IMG/VR virus record: IMGVR_UViG_3300045988_182734
Location: 1 to 64,000 of that record
Length of the DNA: 64,000 nt
Origin: a virus
Reading direction: 5' to 3' (one strand)
The notes under the pieces are model-generated. The model ran no database searches. It was not told the DNA's origin and saw only the letters and a program-made list of their open reading frames with translations. The translations under genes were made by a program, and so were the position numbers. Positions within the stretch are counted from its first letter, which is position 1, and every line of letters begins with the position of its first letter. Shown one piece after another: positions 19,106 to 29,152 of the stretch.

Positions 19106-20992
19106 TCACTGCACAATCTCGCCAAGGTCGTTTGCATATTTCGGGTCACACATCATGAAGTAGTTGACGGGGCCGTACTCCAGACCGAGCTCCTGCGCGT
19201 ATGCCTTGATAGCTTCCAGAACGTCCTCTTTCTTGAGGCCAAACTTGGAATGCAGACGGGCAAACTCTTTGTCAGAGACAGAAACGCAAGAGCAATTTTC
19301 TGCATCGGTTTCTTTGCTGCCCAGCATCCCGTCAAAGATGTCCTGCCCTGCACAGAGAATCGTCTCATTGTTCATCGCATAGGCGATAACGGAAGCCTTA
19401 CAGTCAAAGTCGCTGTTTTCCACAAGGAAATCCTCAGGGCGGCCGTGACGTTCAACAACGTTTTCATAGATGTCCCGGAGTTCGATAGGAGCAGAAGGAG
19501 CGGTCAGAGCTGCTTTATGAAGGCGCATGAATTCCACAAACTTTTCATTCGAGAGGGTATCGGTATAAAAGCCGATGCCGGAAACGCGAACCTTCACTTC
19601 GCTGGCAAAGTAATCGTCAATTTTGGAAACGATTTTCTGCTGGACCCGCTTGTATGCTTCCTGAACATTGGAAGCCGTGTAAAATACCGGGAACTTCATG
19701 ATGTCGATTCCCTCCGGCAGACTCGCGTCATAGGCCGCATCAATGCCGCCCCGCAGCGCCGGAACTGCGTCATGCAGCTCTTTCACAGAAGAAATGTATC
19801 CGGTAATGTACAGCTCATCGTTTTTGCTGTAATGCCCGATAAGTCCCACATAGAGGGTCTGCATCAGCATCCGCTTGAAGCTGAACCAACAAAGACGAAT
19901 AGGTAGAATGACATTAGCAGCCGTACCTTCCGCACGATAGGTGCCGGGGGCAGAGACCTTTTCCAGCAGAATCTGGTCATTCTTGTCGCCGTATTTTTCC
20001 TTGAAAAGAGCTTGAAGAATTTCAGTGGACGAAAGAGGAGTGGACATTGGAATCGTTTCATTCAGAAAAGAGAGGAATGCATCCACATTGTCTTTCTGCC
20101 ATGCGTCATCAGACATGCTTGCACGCTGCATAGAGAGCTTGTCTTTCCCGTCGTCAGGCAAGGGCTCATACCCGCAGGCGATACGAAGCTCGTTCTCCGT
20201 GACAGCATCCGTTGCGCTTGCAATTTTCTTGATGGTATTTTCGGTCGGCTGAGCTTTTGCGTTGCCATTCACGAGGCTGCTGATATACCCACGAGTCAGT
20301 CCTGCCTGAAACGCAAACTTACCCTGTGTTCGGGTTCCGATGGCTTTTTTGACCAGCGATGCCAGCCTTTGAAAGTCGGGCTCTTTGGGAAAGGTGGCCT
20401 CCGTATCCTTATTGCTGTTCTTTTCAAGTACCGACTTGTCCCAACCGGTGACAAGAGAATACCCAATATCCTTCAAGGATTGATAGGCAACCCCGTTCTG
20501 GTCAAGAGCCGGGGAGTATGTACCGCTGTTATCTTCCAGCTGCTCTACTGCGTCACGCACCATCCTTGCTTCGTTCATCAGGATGACGTCCGGGGCTTCA
20601 AGCCGGGCAAGACTCTTGTACCGATTATTGAGGCGCTCGACTCGTGCGGCCAATGCAGTGATGTTGGCAACTTGGTCTTCCGTTGCATGGGCAGAGATAT
20701 CTGCACCAAGTTCAAAATGGTTCAGTGCAGGAATATCCACGCCTTTGCTCTTGGCGAATTCCACAATGGCTTCCGCGCCATAGAAACGCTTCTCATGGGC
20801 TGCGACAACTTTCGTTATCGTGTCGGCCGAGTTGTCCAGCTCAAGCACTTCACCTTTTCCGGCATCCTCGACATAACACCTGGCGTTGGTGAGAAAGCCT
20901 TTCAAAAAATCAGCATCCACATCCAGCTTCTTAGCGATGCCGGGCAGCTGCTTATAGAAAATCACGGGCGTGGCGAGGTTAACAGAAATCAT
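19106..20992 (-). CDS. Large (628-aa) protein with central XRE-family HTH domain, divergently oriented
   Basis: RBS AAAGGAG. Cro/C1-type HTH IGTRTQGKFAFQAGLTRGYISSLVNGNAKAQPTENTIKKIASA. Flanking domains unknown. Confidence 0.7.
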   Translation of the reverse strand: MISVNLATPVIFYKQLPGIAKKLDVDADFLKGFLTNARCYVEDAGKGEVLELDNSADTITKVVAAHEKRFYGAEAIVEFAKSKGVDIPALNHFELGADISAHATEDQVANITALAARVERLNNRYKSLARLEAPDVILMNEARMVRDAVEQLEDNSGTYSPALDQNGVAYQSLKDIGYSLVTGWDKSVLEKNSNKDTEATFPKEPDFQRLASLVKKAIGTRTQGKFAFQAGLTRGYISSLVNGNAKAQPTENTIKKIASATDAVTENELRIACGYEPLPDDGKDKLSMQRASMSDDAWQKDNVDAFLSFLNETIPMSTPLSSTEILQALFKEKYGDKNDQILLEKVSAPGTYRAEGTAANVILPIRLCWFSFKRMLMQTLYVGLIGHYSKNDELYITGYISSVKELHDAVPALRGGIDAAYDASLPEGIDIMKFPVFYTASNVQEAYKRVQQKIVSKIDDYFASEVKVRVSGIGFYTDTLSNEKFVEFMRLHKAALTAPSAPIELRDIYENVVERHGRPEDFLVENSDFDCKASVIAYAMNNETILCAGQDIFDGMLGSKETDAENCSCVSVSDKEFARLHSKFGLKKEDVLEAIKAYAQELGLEYGPVNYFMMCDPKYANDLGEIVQ

Positions 20993-21283
20993 GGTGTACT
21001 CCTTTCAGATGTGTCATTTGCTGTATAATAATGTCATCTTCTGTAATTATAATAGCACATCTCACGCCAAAAAGCAAGCATGAATTTACAATAAATGACA
21101 ATAAAACACACAAGATGACATATTTGAGCAAAGCAATTGATTCTTGAGCTTTCCGGCTTGGTGACGGAACAAGCTCTATGCGCCTTGTCTTTACCACAGT
21201 TTTGCCTTGTGCATCCGTGCAAATTAAATACAATTAAAGATGTCGAAAGATAAAGCACAACACACAAAAAAGGAAATTTCACT

Positions 21284-21604
21284 ATGAACACCAGTATTTT
21301 GAAACTCAAAGCCACTGTAATCCGCCCCAAAGACGATGATGAACTTGACGGCCTTGCCGCATCCATCAGCTTTCCCGTCGAATGCGATGATGAAGCAATT
21401 GGCGAGGCTCTGGGCGACCATGACCTGACGGCCTATGTTGTCGGAGAGCTACACGACCTCGTTGTCCGAATGCGTCCCGAATGGCTGGATAATGAGGATA
21501 CTAGCCTGACCATCAAGGCATTCCTGGACGAAGCTGAGTACCAGACGTTCAAGGGCCTTGTCGCGATGAAAGAAGACAGCTACACCTTTGTTATTGAGGG
21601 CTAA
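21284..21604 (+). CDS. Hypothetical acidic protein
   Basis: RBS AAAAGGAAA. 106 aa. Confidence 0.55.
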   Translation: MNTSILKLKATVIRPKDDDELDGLAASISFPVECDDEAIGEALGDHDLTAYVVGELHDLVVRMRPEWLDNEDTSLTIKAFLDEAEYQTFKGLVAMKEDSYTFVIEG

Positions 21605-21834
21605 ACACCACAGAGCAAAAAGCAAACCCAGCCTGCAGTAAAATGCGGGTAGGACTTATTTGTTTGCGTAGCTGCATCCTTTTGTCCGCAGAAACCGTAG
21701 GTGCCAGGATGCGTAGCAGCCAACATGATTTGACTTGCCGTGCGAGTCCCATACAATCAAATCTGTACGAAAGATACTATGCACACAATAGAATTCACAC
21801 TAAGCTGCTCAGTGGCCATATGGCTATTGGGTAG

Positions 21835-21863
21835 CTTTTTCTTTTGTGCGAACTGCGTACAAT
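21835..21863 (+). promoter_or_regulatory. Conserved-family promoter (weak -35, spacer TTGTGCGAACTGCG, TACAAT)
   Basis: Family member. Confidence 0.4.
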
Positions 21864-21886
21864 AAAAATCAGACGGAGGAATAACT

Positions 21887-22294
21887 ATGAAAAAATTTAT
21901 TGGAACTGCTTTGGTGCTGTGCTGCCTGGCTCTACCTTTGGCTGGCTGTGAGGACGCAATCAGCACTGTGACAAGTACCACAATGTCTGAACTCGAAGAT
22001 ATTCCGGGTCAGATATTGTCTACACCGGAAAGCGCTGAAACGGAACCGGAATACAATTACATCCATTTTCGTTACGACAACATCTGGACTGTATCTGCCC
22101 TCGTGAACTACGAAATCGTGGACAACGGCCAAAACATAAAATTTGAAATCAACGATAGTCGTTATCGAGACAAGGTTTTTTATACCAGCATGTCGAATGT
22201 AGAGCTCGTATACCGAGACGATAGCGTTGATTATGGCACGGACTACACCATTTATCCAGGGGATGCCTCGAAGTTTGGAAAAGGTGGTAAGTGA
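21887..22294 (+). CDS. Lipoprotein, function unknown
   Basis: RBS GGAGG. MKKFIGTALVLCCLALPLAGC lipobox. Confidence 0.7.
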   Translation: MKKFIGTALVLCCLALPLAGCEDAISTVTSTTMSELEDIPGQILSTPESAETEPEYNYIHFRYDNIWTVSALVNYEIVDNGQNIKFEINDSRYRDKVFYTSMSNVELVYRDDSVDYGTDYTIYPGDASKFGKGGK

Positions 22295-22295
22295 G

Positions 22296-22769
22296 ATGAG
22301 CGTAAATTTTGTCGATGGCAATATTTTTTCACGACTGTCAACGAACAAGACGACATATATCTGCCAACAAGTGAATTGTAAAGGTGTAATGGGAGCTGGA
22401 CTTGCCATGCAAATTTGCATCCAATGGCCGGTGGTATATCAGCGCTATCTGGAGTTTTGCTATGGAAACGACGGCAACAAGCTCGGTACTTATCAGGAGG
22501 TTCTGGTAGAACCGAAGCTATATGTCGTGAATCTGTTCGGGCAGAATGGTTATAGCCGAGGTGAAAGGCAGACGAATTATGCTGCACTGGCGGCTGCGCT
22601 GTTCTCGTTTTTTAGAGACTGCGCTCAAAAGTATCAGGACGTAACTATCCGGTTGCCATATGGTTTAGGCTGCGGACTTGCCGGAGGCGACTGGGACACG
22701 GTTCTGGACATCATCAGCGATGCAGCAAAAGCCTGGAATCTGAATGTTGAGATTTGGAAGATGCAATAG
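22296..22769 (+). CDS. Macro domain (ADP-ribose binding / processing) protein
   Basis: RBS AAAAGGTGG. Motif NFVDGNIF....YICQQVNCKGVMGAGLA matches the macro-domain N-x(6)-GGGV-like signature. Confidence 0.6.
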   Translation: MSVNFVDGNIFSRLSTNKTTYICQQVNCKGVMGAGLAMQICIQWPVVYQRYLEFCYGNDGNKLGTYQEVLVEPKLYVVNLFGQNGYSRGERQTNYAALAAALFSFFRDCAQKYQDVTIRLPYGLGCGLAGGDWDTVLDIISDAAKAWNLNVEIWKMQ

Positions 22770-22894
22770 CAAAAAGCTCTTACCGAAAATCGGTAGGGAC
22801 CTTTCTTTTTTATAAAGGACGCAAATATGTACAATTTGTAAGCAAATAGCACCCACTGTTGCTGGAAAAGCGCGATAGCGGGATAATATTATTA

Positions 22895-23045
22895 TAAAAA
22901 CAAGCCGGGAAAACCCACGACTTTAGTCGTGGAATGAAATACTCTCACGGATGGGGCACCATGCCATTACCGAGAGGCGTAAGACTGGGTCAGCCAGCGG
23001 CCTCGTTGAAGTAGAATCCCACGATTTTAATCGTGGGAGTGTGTC
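22895..23045 (+). mobile_element. Miniature IS200/IS605-like derivative (LE-like hairpin CCACGACT-tta-AGTCGTGG plus RE-like hairpin TCCCACGATT-tt-AATCGTGGGA), no transposase
   Basis: 5' part ~80% identical to the 47686-47725 region upstream of tnpB. 3' hairpin identical to 876-897. Confidence 0.4.
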
Positions 23046-23091
23046 AAAGAAACAACGACAAAAATCAGCAATAAAGCGGGTGAAAAGTCTT

Positions 23092-24099
23092 ATGACGAAT
23101 ACAGAACTGAAAGCAATCCTCCAGCGTGAGGAATACGACTTTTTGCGAACAAACAAACATTTGGGAAGCAACATTTTATTCCTAACGGTTGGCGGCAGCC
23201 ATGCCTACGGGACCAATATTGAGGGTTCTGACATCGACATCCGTGGCGTGGCAGGTTCACCTGAAATCTTGGGGTTTAATCATTTCGAACAGACAATCAA
23301 CAATCAGACAGATACCGTCATCTATGCCGTCAACAAATTTGTCAGCTTGCTTGCACAAGGCAACCCAAACATCATCGAACTCCTCGGCAATGACCCAGAG
23401 CTATATGTGGACATGACGCCGGAAGGTCAAATGCTGCTTGATAATAGGAACCTGTTCTTGACGCGGCACATTGCCTACAGCTACGGCGGTTTTGCGAATG
23501 ACCAGCTCAGACGCTTGCAGATGGGGCTCCTTCGCAACGGAGTCTCGCCGGAGGCACTCAAGAATAAATTCGAGAAGAGGAGCCTGGAACGGTCAATTGC
23601 CGGATGGGGCAAGGATGATATTTTCGAAATCTCCATCAGTGAGGATACAGATGAAGAAGGCAAACATCCGCTCCTGATTTCTGGCAGCTTGAACGATTAT
23701 CCAGTCACCTCTCTAAAGTCGCTGCTAAAGAGTCTGACTACGACCATCGACCAGTATGAGCAGCCGCAGCATCCGAAAGCACAAAAAGATGCTGCCCACA
23801 TCAACAAACACGCGATGCACATTGTGCGGTTGTACTACACGGCGTTCGATATTCTGGAAAAAGGCGAGATTATCACTCACCGAGACAAGGAACGCGAGGA
23901 ACTGTTGGCGATTCGCAACGGCAAGTACCTGCGTGAAGACGGGTCGTACGCACCCGAATTCTTTGAGTTTGTTGATGCGCTCGAAAAGAGATTTCAGTAT
24001 GATGTGAAGAAGACTGCGCTTCCTGCAAAGCCAGACTGTGGGAAGATTGAAGAACTGTTGGTAGAAATCAATAAGTCGTATCTGCGACGCGTTTTTTGA
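23092..24099 (+). CDS. Pol-beta-superfamily nucleotidyltransferase domain protein
   Basis: Motif LFLTVGGSHAYGTNIEGSDIDI (hG[GS]...[DE]hD). The upstream part of the 22951 ORF is repeat DNA. Confidence 0.65.
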   Translation: MTNTELKAILQREEYDFLRTNKHLGSNILFLTVGGSHAYGTNIEGSDIDIRGVAGSPEILGFNHFEQTINNQTDTVIYAVNKFVSLLAQGNPNIIELLGNDPELYVDMTPEGQMLLDNRNLFLTRHIAYSYGGFANDQLRRLQMGLLRNGVSPEALKNKFEKRSLERSIAGWGKDDIFEISISEDTDEEGKHPLLISGSLNDYPVTSLKSLLKSLTTTIDQYEQPQHPKAQKDAAHINKHAMHIVRLYYTAFDILEKGEIITHRDKEREELLAIRNGKYLREDGSYAPEFFEFVDALEKRFQYDVKKTALPAKPDCGKIEELLVEINKSYLRRVF

Positions 24100-24156
24100 C
24101 GCACTCCCACCCCTTACGGAGTGGGCTTTCCCGGCGCGGGGACTGTAAAATAAAGC

Positions 24157-24184
24157 TTGCACATCTGTGCGAATCAGATATAAT
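24157..24184 (+). promoter_or_regulatory. Conserved-family promoter (TTGCAC-16-TATAAT)
   Basis: Spacer ATCTGTGCGAATCAGA. Confidence 0.5.
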
Positions 24185-24270
24185 AACCCTAATAAGATAA
24201 AAATTGTGCCCTGACGGCATCTGAATTGGATGCTGCCGGGGCATTTTTGTTTGTTAAGGAGAATTTGGCT

Positions 24271-26991
24271 ATGACACTGAACGACTTGTCAAGCGAACAG
24301 CAGGAATTCGTACATTTGGCATTGTCGGGCAAAAACGTATTGTGTGACGCCTGCATCGGCAGCGGAAAAACATCGACTATCAACGTACTCTGCGATGCAT
24401 ATCCACCAGAACGGCGTATTTTGTACTTGACCTACAACCGATTACTCAAACTTGATGCCAAAGACAAAATCAAGAATGGCAATGTCTTGGTTCAGAACTA
24501 TCACGGATTTGCAAGCCTGCTGCTGAACAAAAAGGGAATCCGGAATTGCGGACAGGGCGAACAGCTTGCCATGGTATTGGAAAAGAAAATTCCGATTCCG
24601 CCAATTGATACTCTTATCATTGACGAGTATCAGGATATCAATGACGAGATTGCAGAACTGCTCAAATATATCCGTTCTCAGAATCCGGGCCTTCAAATCG
24701 TCGCAGTGGGCGATATGAAGCAGAAAATCTACGATGATACAGCGCTGGATGTCTGGGAGTTCATGCAGGATTTTCTCGGCCGCCATGAACAGGTAGTTTT
24801 CACGAAATGCTTCCGTATTTCTCATGACTTGGCAAAACGACTCGGCAATATCTGGGGCAAGACCATCAACGGCGTAAATGGTTCCTGCATCGTGGAACAG
24901 ATGTCGGTCGATGAGGTGACGGAGTTTCTGGATAAACAGAATCCGAAAAATGTTCTGTGCCTGGGTGCTCGACTCGGAGCTATGACAAAGGCGCTCAATG
25001 ACCTGGAGAACCGGCCTGGGAACCTCTATGATAAACATCATGTCTATGCAAGTATAGCGGACAATGACGGAGACAAGGCGGTAGCACCCTCCTCGGATGT
25101 CGGTATCTTCACAACTTTTGATGGCAGCAAAGGTATGGAGCGACCTATCTGCGTGGTGTTTGATTTCACGGAAGAATACTGGACATCTCGGACAACCAAA
25201 CCGATGGCTCGATATGAGATTCTTCGAAACTTGTTCTGTGTAGCGGCAAGCCGAGGAAAGCAGCGAATCATTTTCGTAAACTCTGACCATCCGCTGAGCG
25301 ATGAATCACTGATGACCCCGACAGAAACTCATCGTGGATTCCCGCATCCATTTGCGTTCTCTGAAATGTTCGACCACAAATTCATCGAAGATGTGGATGC
25401 TTGCTATAAGCTGCTGGAAGTCACACCGATTGAGCACAACGACAATACGACCATCGATGTGCAGGCAGCGGATGCCATGATTGACTTGTCTCCCTGCATC
25501 AGCATCTACATGCAGGCAGGATTCTTTAATTCCTACGATATAGATGACGCACTTGCGTATTACATGGACCTGCATAAAGACATGCAGTATTTGAAAATCA
25601 AGAAGGGCGCAACGGTCGAGGATAAGGTTCTACTGCTCACAGCACTCGAAACGAATCAGTGCAGGTATGTAAAACAGGTCAAGCCTCCTTTTGTGAACGC
25701 AAAAGCCAAAATGTCGCTCAGTATGCGGCTTGGAACCGTGTTCACTCCCGATGAATATGTTCAGGCACGCGGCGATATCGACATTCATACTAAGGACCAT
25801 AAAGTGATTTATACCTCGGGCCTTGCGGATGTCGTAAAGAATAATACCGTCTACTACATCAAGTTCATCAGCAGCCTGGCACATAAGCATTTTCTGCAGT
25901 GTGCGTGTTCCATGATGGCATTGGGGTTGCCGTATGGCGTTGTCTGGAACGTCAAAAGTAACCTGATGTACAGCGTAAAAATCAAGGATATAGACGCTCT
26001 GATTGACGCAATTACCAAGTGCATTACGAAACGGGTTTATGATAGCGCAGATGACTACACCTGCAGGAAAGGCTTTGTACAGGATACGGCGTCGATTATC
26101 GACCGATGGACTGACGACGGATATGCGGAAGAGCCCACCACTATCACTTCCGGCGACGGTATTGCCATCATCAAGCAAGGAAGCCGCTATTTTGTGATGG
26201 ACGGAGCACGTCGAAACACCCTGAACGATAATTTCGGGATGGGCTTTGCCGATGTAAAAGATGCTTGCCTTGCTTATGCAAAGAGTTGTGAACTCCAGAA
26301 AATCGTGGACCATGATTCTCCTTATTCCGAAGTCGAATTCTGGCTCGACCAGAACAAGGCGTTTGAGGAATACATGACGCAAGTAAGCCATGAAATCGAA
26401 CAGCACAAGGAAGGACCGTATGCAAAGTATAAGTCTTTTGCTGCTCCCGCTGTCCGAAAGATGCTGGCCGAAAAGGGACTGACCATCATGTTCCCGGAAA
26501 AGGTCCTCATCAAGGTCTGGAAGATGCGCCGTGTCGAAGATGCCATGTATCAGAAAATTGAAGAAGCAAAGAAGCAGAACAGCTCCAATGTACCGCTTGA
26601 TGAGGCGTTCTTTGACTCTGAACTGGTGGATTCCGTTGAGGGAAGCATCGAAAGCGCCAAGGCAAAACCCAAGCCCAAAAAGGAATCCGCATTACCGTTT
26701 TCCAAGTACTGCGCAGATGAGAAGAAGAGCTATCGTGTCGTGAAAAGCGATGAACTCTCAAAGCCCAACCAGCCCCGTTATGTTGTGGTCGAGACCGCTA
26801 CTGATAAGGTCCTGGACAATGCTAACGGATATGGCTACCTTTCCTATCAGGCTGCCTGGAAAGGCTATTCGTACAAGAGCAAGCATCATCTGGACGGCAC
26901 GAAGAAACCGATAAGTAAGAGTGCAAAAGAGCAGGCAAAGAAAAAGGCGGCTTTCTTTTCAACTGACTCGGAGCAGCTCAGCTTTGGCTGA
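24271..26991 (+). CDS. UvrD/PcrA-like SF1 helicase with ~450-aa unknown C-terminal extension
   Basis: RBS AAGGAG. Walker A CIGSGKTST, motif II IIDEYQDIN. C-terminal half unrecognised. Confidence 0.8.
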   Translation: MTLNDLSSEQQEFVHLALSGKNVLCDACIGSGKTSTINVLCDAYPPERRILYLTYNRLLKLDAKDKIKNGNVLVQNYHGFASLLLNKKGIRNCGQGEQLAMVLEKKIPIPPIDTLIIDEYQDINDEIAELLKYIRSQNPGLQIVAVGDMKQKIYDDTALDVWEFMQDFLGRHEQVVFTKCFRISHDLAKRLGNIWGKTINGVNGSCIVEQMSVDEVTEFLDKQNPKNVLCLGARLGAMTKALNDLENRPGNLYDKHHVYASIADNDGDKAVAPSSDVGIFTTFDGSKGMERPICVVFDFTEEYWTSRTTKPMARYEILRNLFCVAASRGKQRIIFVNSDHPLSDESLMTPTETHRGFPHPFAFSEMFDHKFIEDVDACYKLLEVTPIEHNDNTTIDVQAADAMIDLSPCISIYMQAGFFNSYDIDDALAYYMDLHKDMQYLKIKKGATVEDKVLLLTALETNQCRYVKQVKPPFVNAKAKMSLSMRLGTVFTPDEYVQARGDIDIHTKDHKVIYTSGLADVVKNNTVYYIKFISSLAHKHFLQCACSMMALGLPYGVVWNVKSNLMYSVKIKDIDALIDAITKCITKRVYDSADDYTCRKGFVQDTASIIDRWTDDGYAEEPTTITSGDGIAIIKQGSRYFVMDGARRNTLNDNFGMGFADVKDACLAYAKSCELQKIVDHDSPYSEVEFWLDQNKAFEEYMTQVSHEIEQHKEGPYAKYKSFAAPAVRKMLAEKGLTIMFPEKVLIKVWKMRRVEDAMYQKIEEAKKQNSSNVPLDEAFFDSELVDSVEGSIESAKAKPKPKKESALPFSKYCADEKKSYRVVKSDELSKPNQPRYVVVETATDKVLDNANGYGYLSYQAAWKGYSYKSKHHLDGTKKPISKSAKEQAKKKAAFFSTDSEQLSFG

Positions 26992-27038
26992 TTCAGAAAA
27001 TCAACAACAGATTTCACAATTAAAAGGAGGAGGAAATC

Positions 27039-27812
27039 ATGGCAGCCAAAAAGGATAAGATGATTCCGTCTGAGAAAGAACGGAAAAGAGCACTGAAATA
27101 TGCGACCCCGGCAGGTACGGGTCGGATGTGGGTAACAATGGGAATCGCCTTTATAATTTTCGGCATTATCTTGCTGCTGATTCCAATTGGCCTTGTTATC
27201 TCGGAGGCATCAGCGCAGAGATACGACCCCGAAAGCATCCATACAGCAACACTTGTATTCTATCTGCTTGGTGCATTTTTTGGTTTCTGCGGATGTTTAT
27301 GCGTTATCTTTGGTAAGCTTGCCGTCAAAGCATTTGCGCAAATACTGTGCAAGGGTGAAATTAACTATCCGGTAGCGGAATACAAAACACCTAAGAAACT
27401 GCTGCTTCAAGAGGCAGCAGCTATCAACCAGAGTCCTAATGCTCCATTGACAGCTTCCACATTCGGGAACTGGATTGATTTTGAAGCCGATTGGCAAAAC
27501 TGCCTTTCCATTCATAATGGCATCTTGCAGAGTCATCAGATTTTCAAAAAACTGATTCTTGTACAAGACAATTTTACTTACAAAGAGCTGGACTACGAGA
27601 ATAACTCGGAACTCGGCGTCGGAGTCAAAACATTCGCCGCAGGAAGCACAACGACCATCGGCAAAATGAAAGGCCACAAGCTCATTTATAATATCGGCAT
27701 GAATCTTTCCAATGGCAAACTGGGAGTTAACAGCTATTCCATCGATACATTGGACGTCACGAATGAAGTACATAAATGGTTAGCTGACCACGGATACACC
27801 CGCACAGACTAA
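27039..27812 (+). CDS. Membrane protein (2 TM) with C-terminal soluble domain
   Basis: RBS AAGGAGGAGG. 257 aa. Confidence 0.65.
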   Translation: MAAKKDKMIPSEKERKRALKYATPAGTGRMWVTMGIAFIIFGIILLLIPIGLVISEASAQRYDPESIHTATLVFYLLGAFFGFCGCLCVIFGKLAVKAFAQILCKGEINYPVAEYKTPKKLLLQEAAAINQSPNAPLTASTFGNWIDFEADWQNCLSIHNGILQSHQIFKKLILVQDNFTYKELDYENNSELGVGVKTFAAGSTTTIGKMKGHKLIYNIGMNLSNGKLGVNSYSIDTLDVTNEVHKWLADHGYTRTD

Positions 27813-27823
27813 GAAATAGCTTT

Positions 27824-27960
27824 GTTCGTTGTCGATACTTCCGGTTCAATGCGCGGAGAACCTATCAATGCACTGAAAACGGCCATGATTAACACCATCC
27901 AGTATATCAATGACGACAACTATATCGGCATCCTCGATGGGTTGCTGGCGATTCTGAACG
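27824..27960 (+). pseudogene. Remnant fragment of a vWA-domain gene (homologous to 11821-11950)
   Basis: About 85% nucleotide identity to the MIDAS-encoding part of 10657..12351. Out of context and flanked by stops. Confidence 0.6.
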
Positions 27961-28027
27961 ATAAATAATTGATTTTGAGACCTCCGATGTTACGGCATCG
28001 GGGGCTTTGTTTTTGGAGGATAGGAAG

Positions 28028-29152
28028 ATGGCAAAGAACGATAACCTGCATAAGGCAAAGGACGCCAAGAACGACGAGTTCTATACCAGAATCGAGGATG
28101 TCGCTGAAGAACTACGGCACTACAAAAAGCATTTCGCGGGCAAGGTCGTACTCTGCAACTGCGACGACCCCACTTGGTCTGCTTTCTGGCGGTACTTCCA
28201 CCTGAACTTCGCCGAACTCGGCTTAAAGAAGTTGATTTCCACGCACTACGACCGCACCGAGCCTACCTACAAGATGGAGTACGAGGGCGGGGATGACAAC
28301 AATGTAGAGGTCGGAGTCAAGACCCCGTTGGAAGGAAATGGAGATTTCCGAAACAAGGAATGTCTCGACTTGCTGGATGAGAGCGATATTGTGGTAACGA
28401 ATCCGCCCTTTAGCTTGTTCAGAGAATATGTTGCTGTGTTAATGAAACATCAGAAGAAGTTTCTGATTTTAGGCAACATGAATGCCCTAACATACAAAGA
28501 AATTTTCCCCCTTGTTAGAGATAATCAATTGTGGTATGGAGCAAGTATTCATTCGGGCGACAGAAAATTCTATGTGCCTAACGATTATCCATTGAAAGCA
28601 TCCGGCTGTGGTGTTGATAACAATGGTCAAAAGTTTATTCGTGTCAAAGGTGTCCGTTGGTACACAAACCTTGATTACAAAGCAAGACATGAAAAGTTGG
28701 TTCTTTGGAAGAACTATACACCAGAAGAATATCCAAAGTACGATAATTATGATGCAATCAATGTGAATAAGTATTCTGAAATTCCGTGTGACTATGATGG
28801 CGTTATGGGTGTGCCAATTACATTCATTGATTATTACTGTCCTGAGCAGTTTGAAATCGTAGCTTTTCGTAAAGGCAATGACGGCAAAGATTTAGTATTC
28901 ACGAGAGAGAGAGAGTTCAACCGTACTTTCGTATCCTTGTACGACGTCGATAGCTGGAATGATAAAAAATGCAGAAGGCAAAATCAATGGGAAACCTACT
29001 TACGCGAGAATAACAATCAGGCGGAAATAGAACCAGTTGATTACTTTTATCCACCAAGTATAAAGAGCCGTGCAGCGGGAACAATGAGCGGTTTGATAAA
29101 TGGAAAAGAAACATATAGACGGATTTTAATTTGTAAGAAAGCGAGTATATAA
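28028..29152 (+). CDS. DNA N6-adenine methyltransferase (EcoRI-methylase-like family)
   Basis: RBS GGAGG. N-terminal KNDEFYTRIEDV and catalytic VTNPPFS (NPPF/DPPY motif IV). AT-rich relative to surroundings. Confidence 0.75.
   Translation: MAKNDNLHKAKDAKNDEFYTRIEDVAEELRHYKKHFAGKVVLCNCDDPTWSAFWRYFHLNFAELGLKKLISTHYDRTEPTYKMEYEGGDDNNVEVGVKTPLEGNGDFRNKECLDLLDESDIVVTNPPFSLFREYVAVLMKHQKKFLILGNMNALTYKEIFPLVRDNQLWYGASIHSGDRKFYVPNDYPLKASGCGVDNNGQKFIRVKGVRWYTNLDYKARHEKLVLWKNYTPEEYPKYDNYDAINVNKYSEIPCDYDGVMGVPITFIDYYCPEQFEIVAFRKGNDGKDLVFTREREFNRTFVSLYDVDSWNDKKCRRQNQWETYLRENNNQAEIEPVDYFYPPSIKSRAAGTMSGLINGKETYRRILICKKASI

Noticed and set aside
20012-21028. 338-aa + strand ORF
   Set aside because: It lies entirely antisense to the well-supported 19106..20992 gene, has no RBS and odd composition, so it is a shadow ORF.
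22951-23091. N-terminal 47 codons of the predicted 382-aa nucleotidyltransferase ORF
   Set aside because: This segment is the miniature IS-end repeat (hairpins at 22907 and 23016). The true start is the ATG at 23092.
24442-26406. Minus-strand ORFs 24442..25290 and 25630..26406
   Set aside because: They are antisense to the UvrD-like helicase gene, with no RBS.
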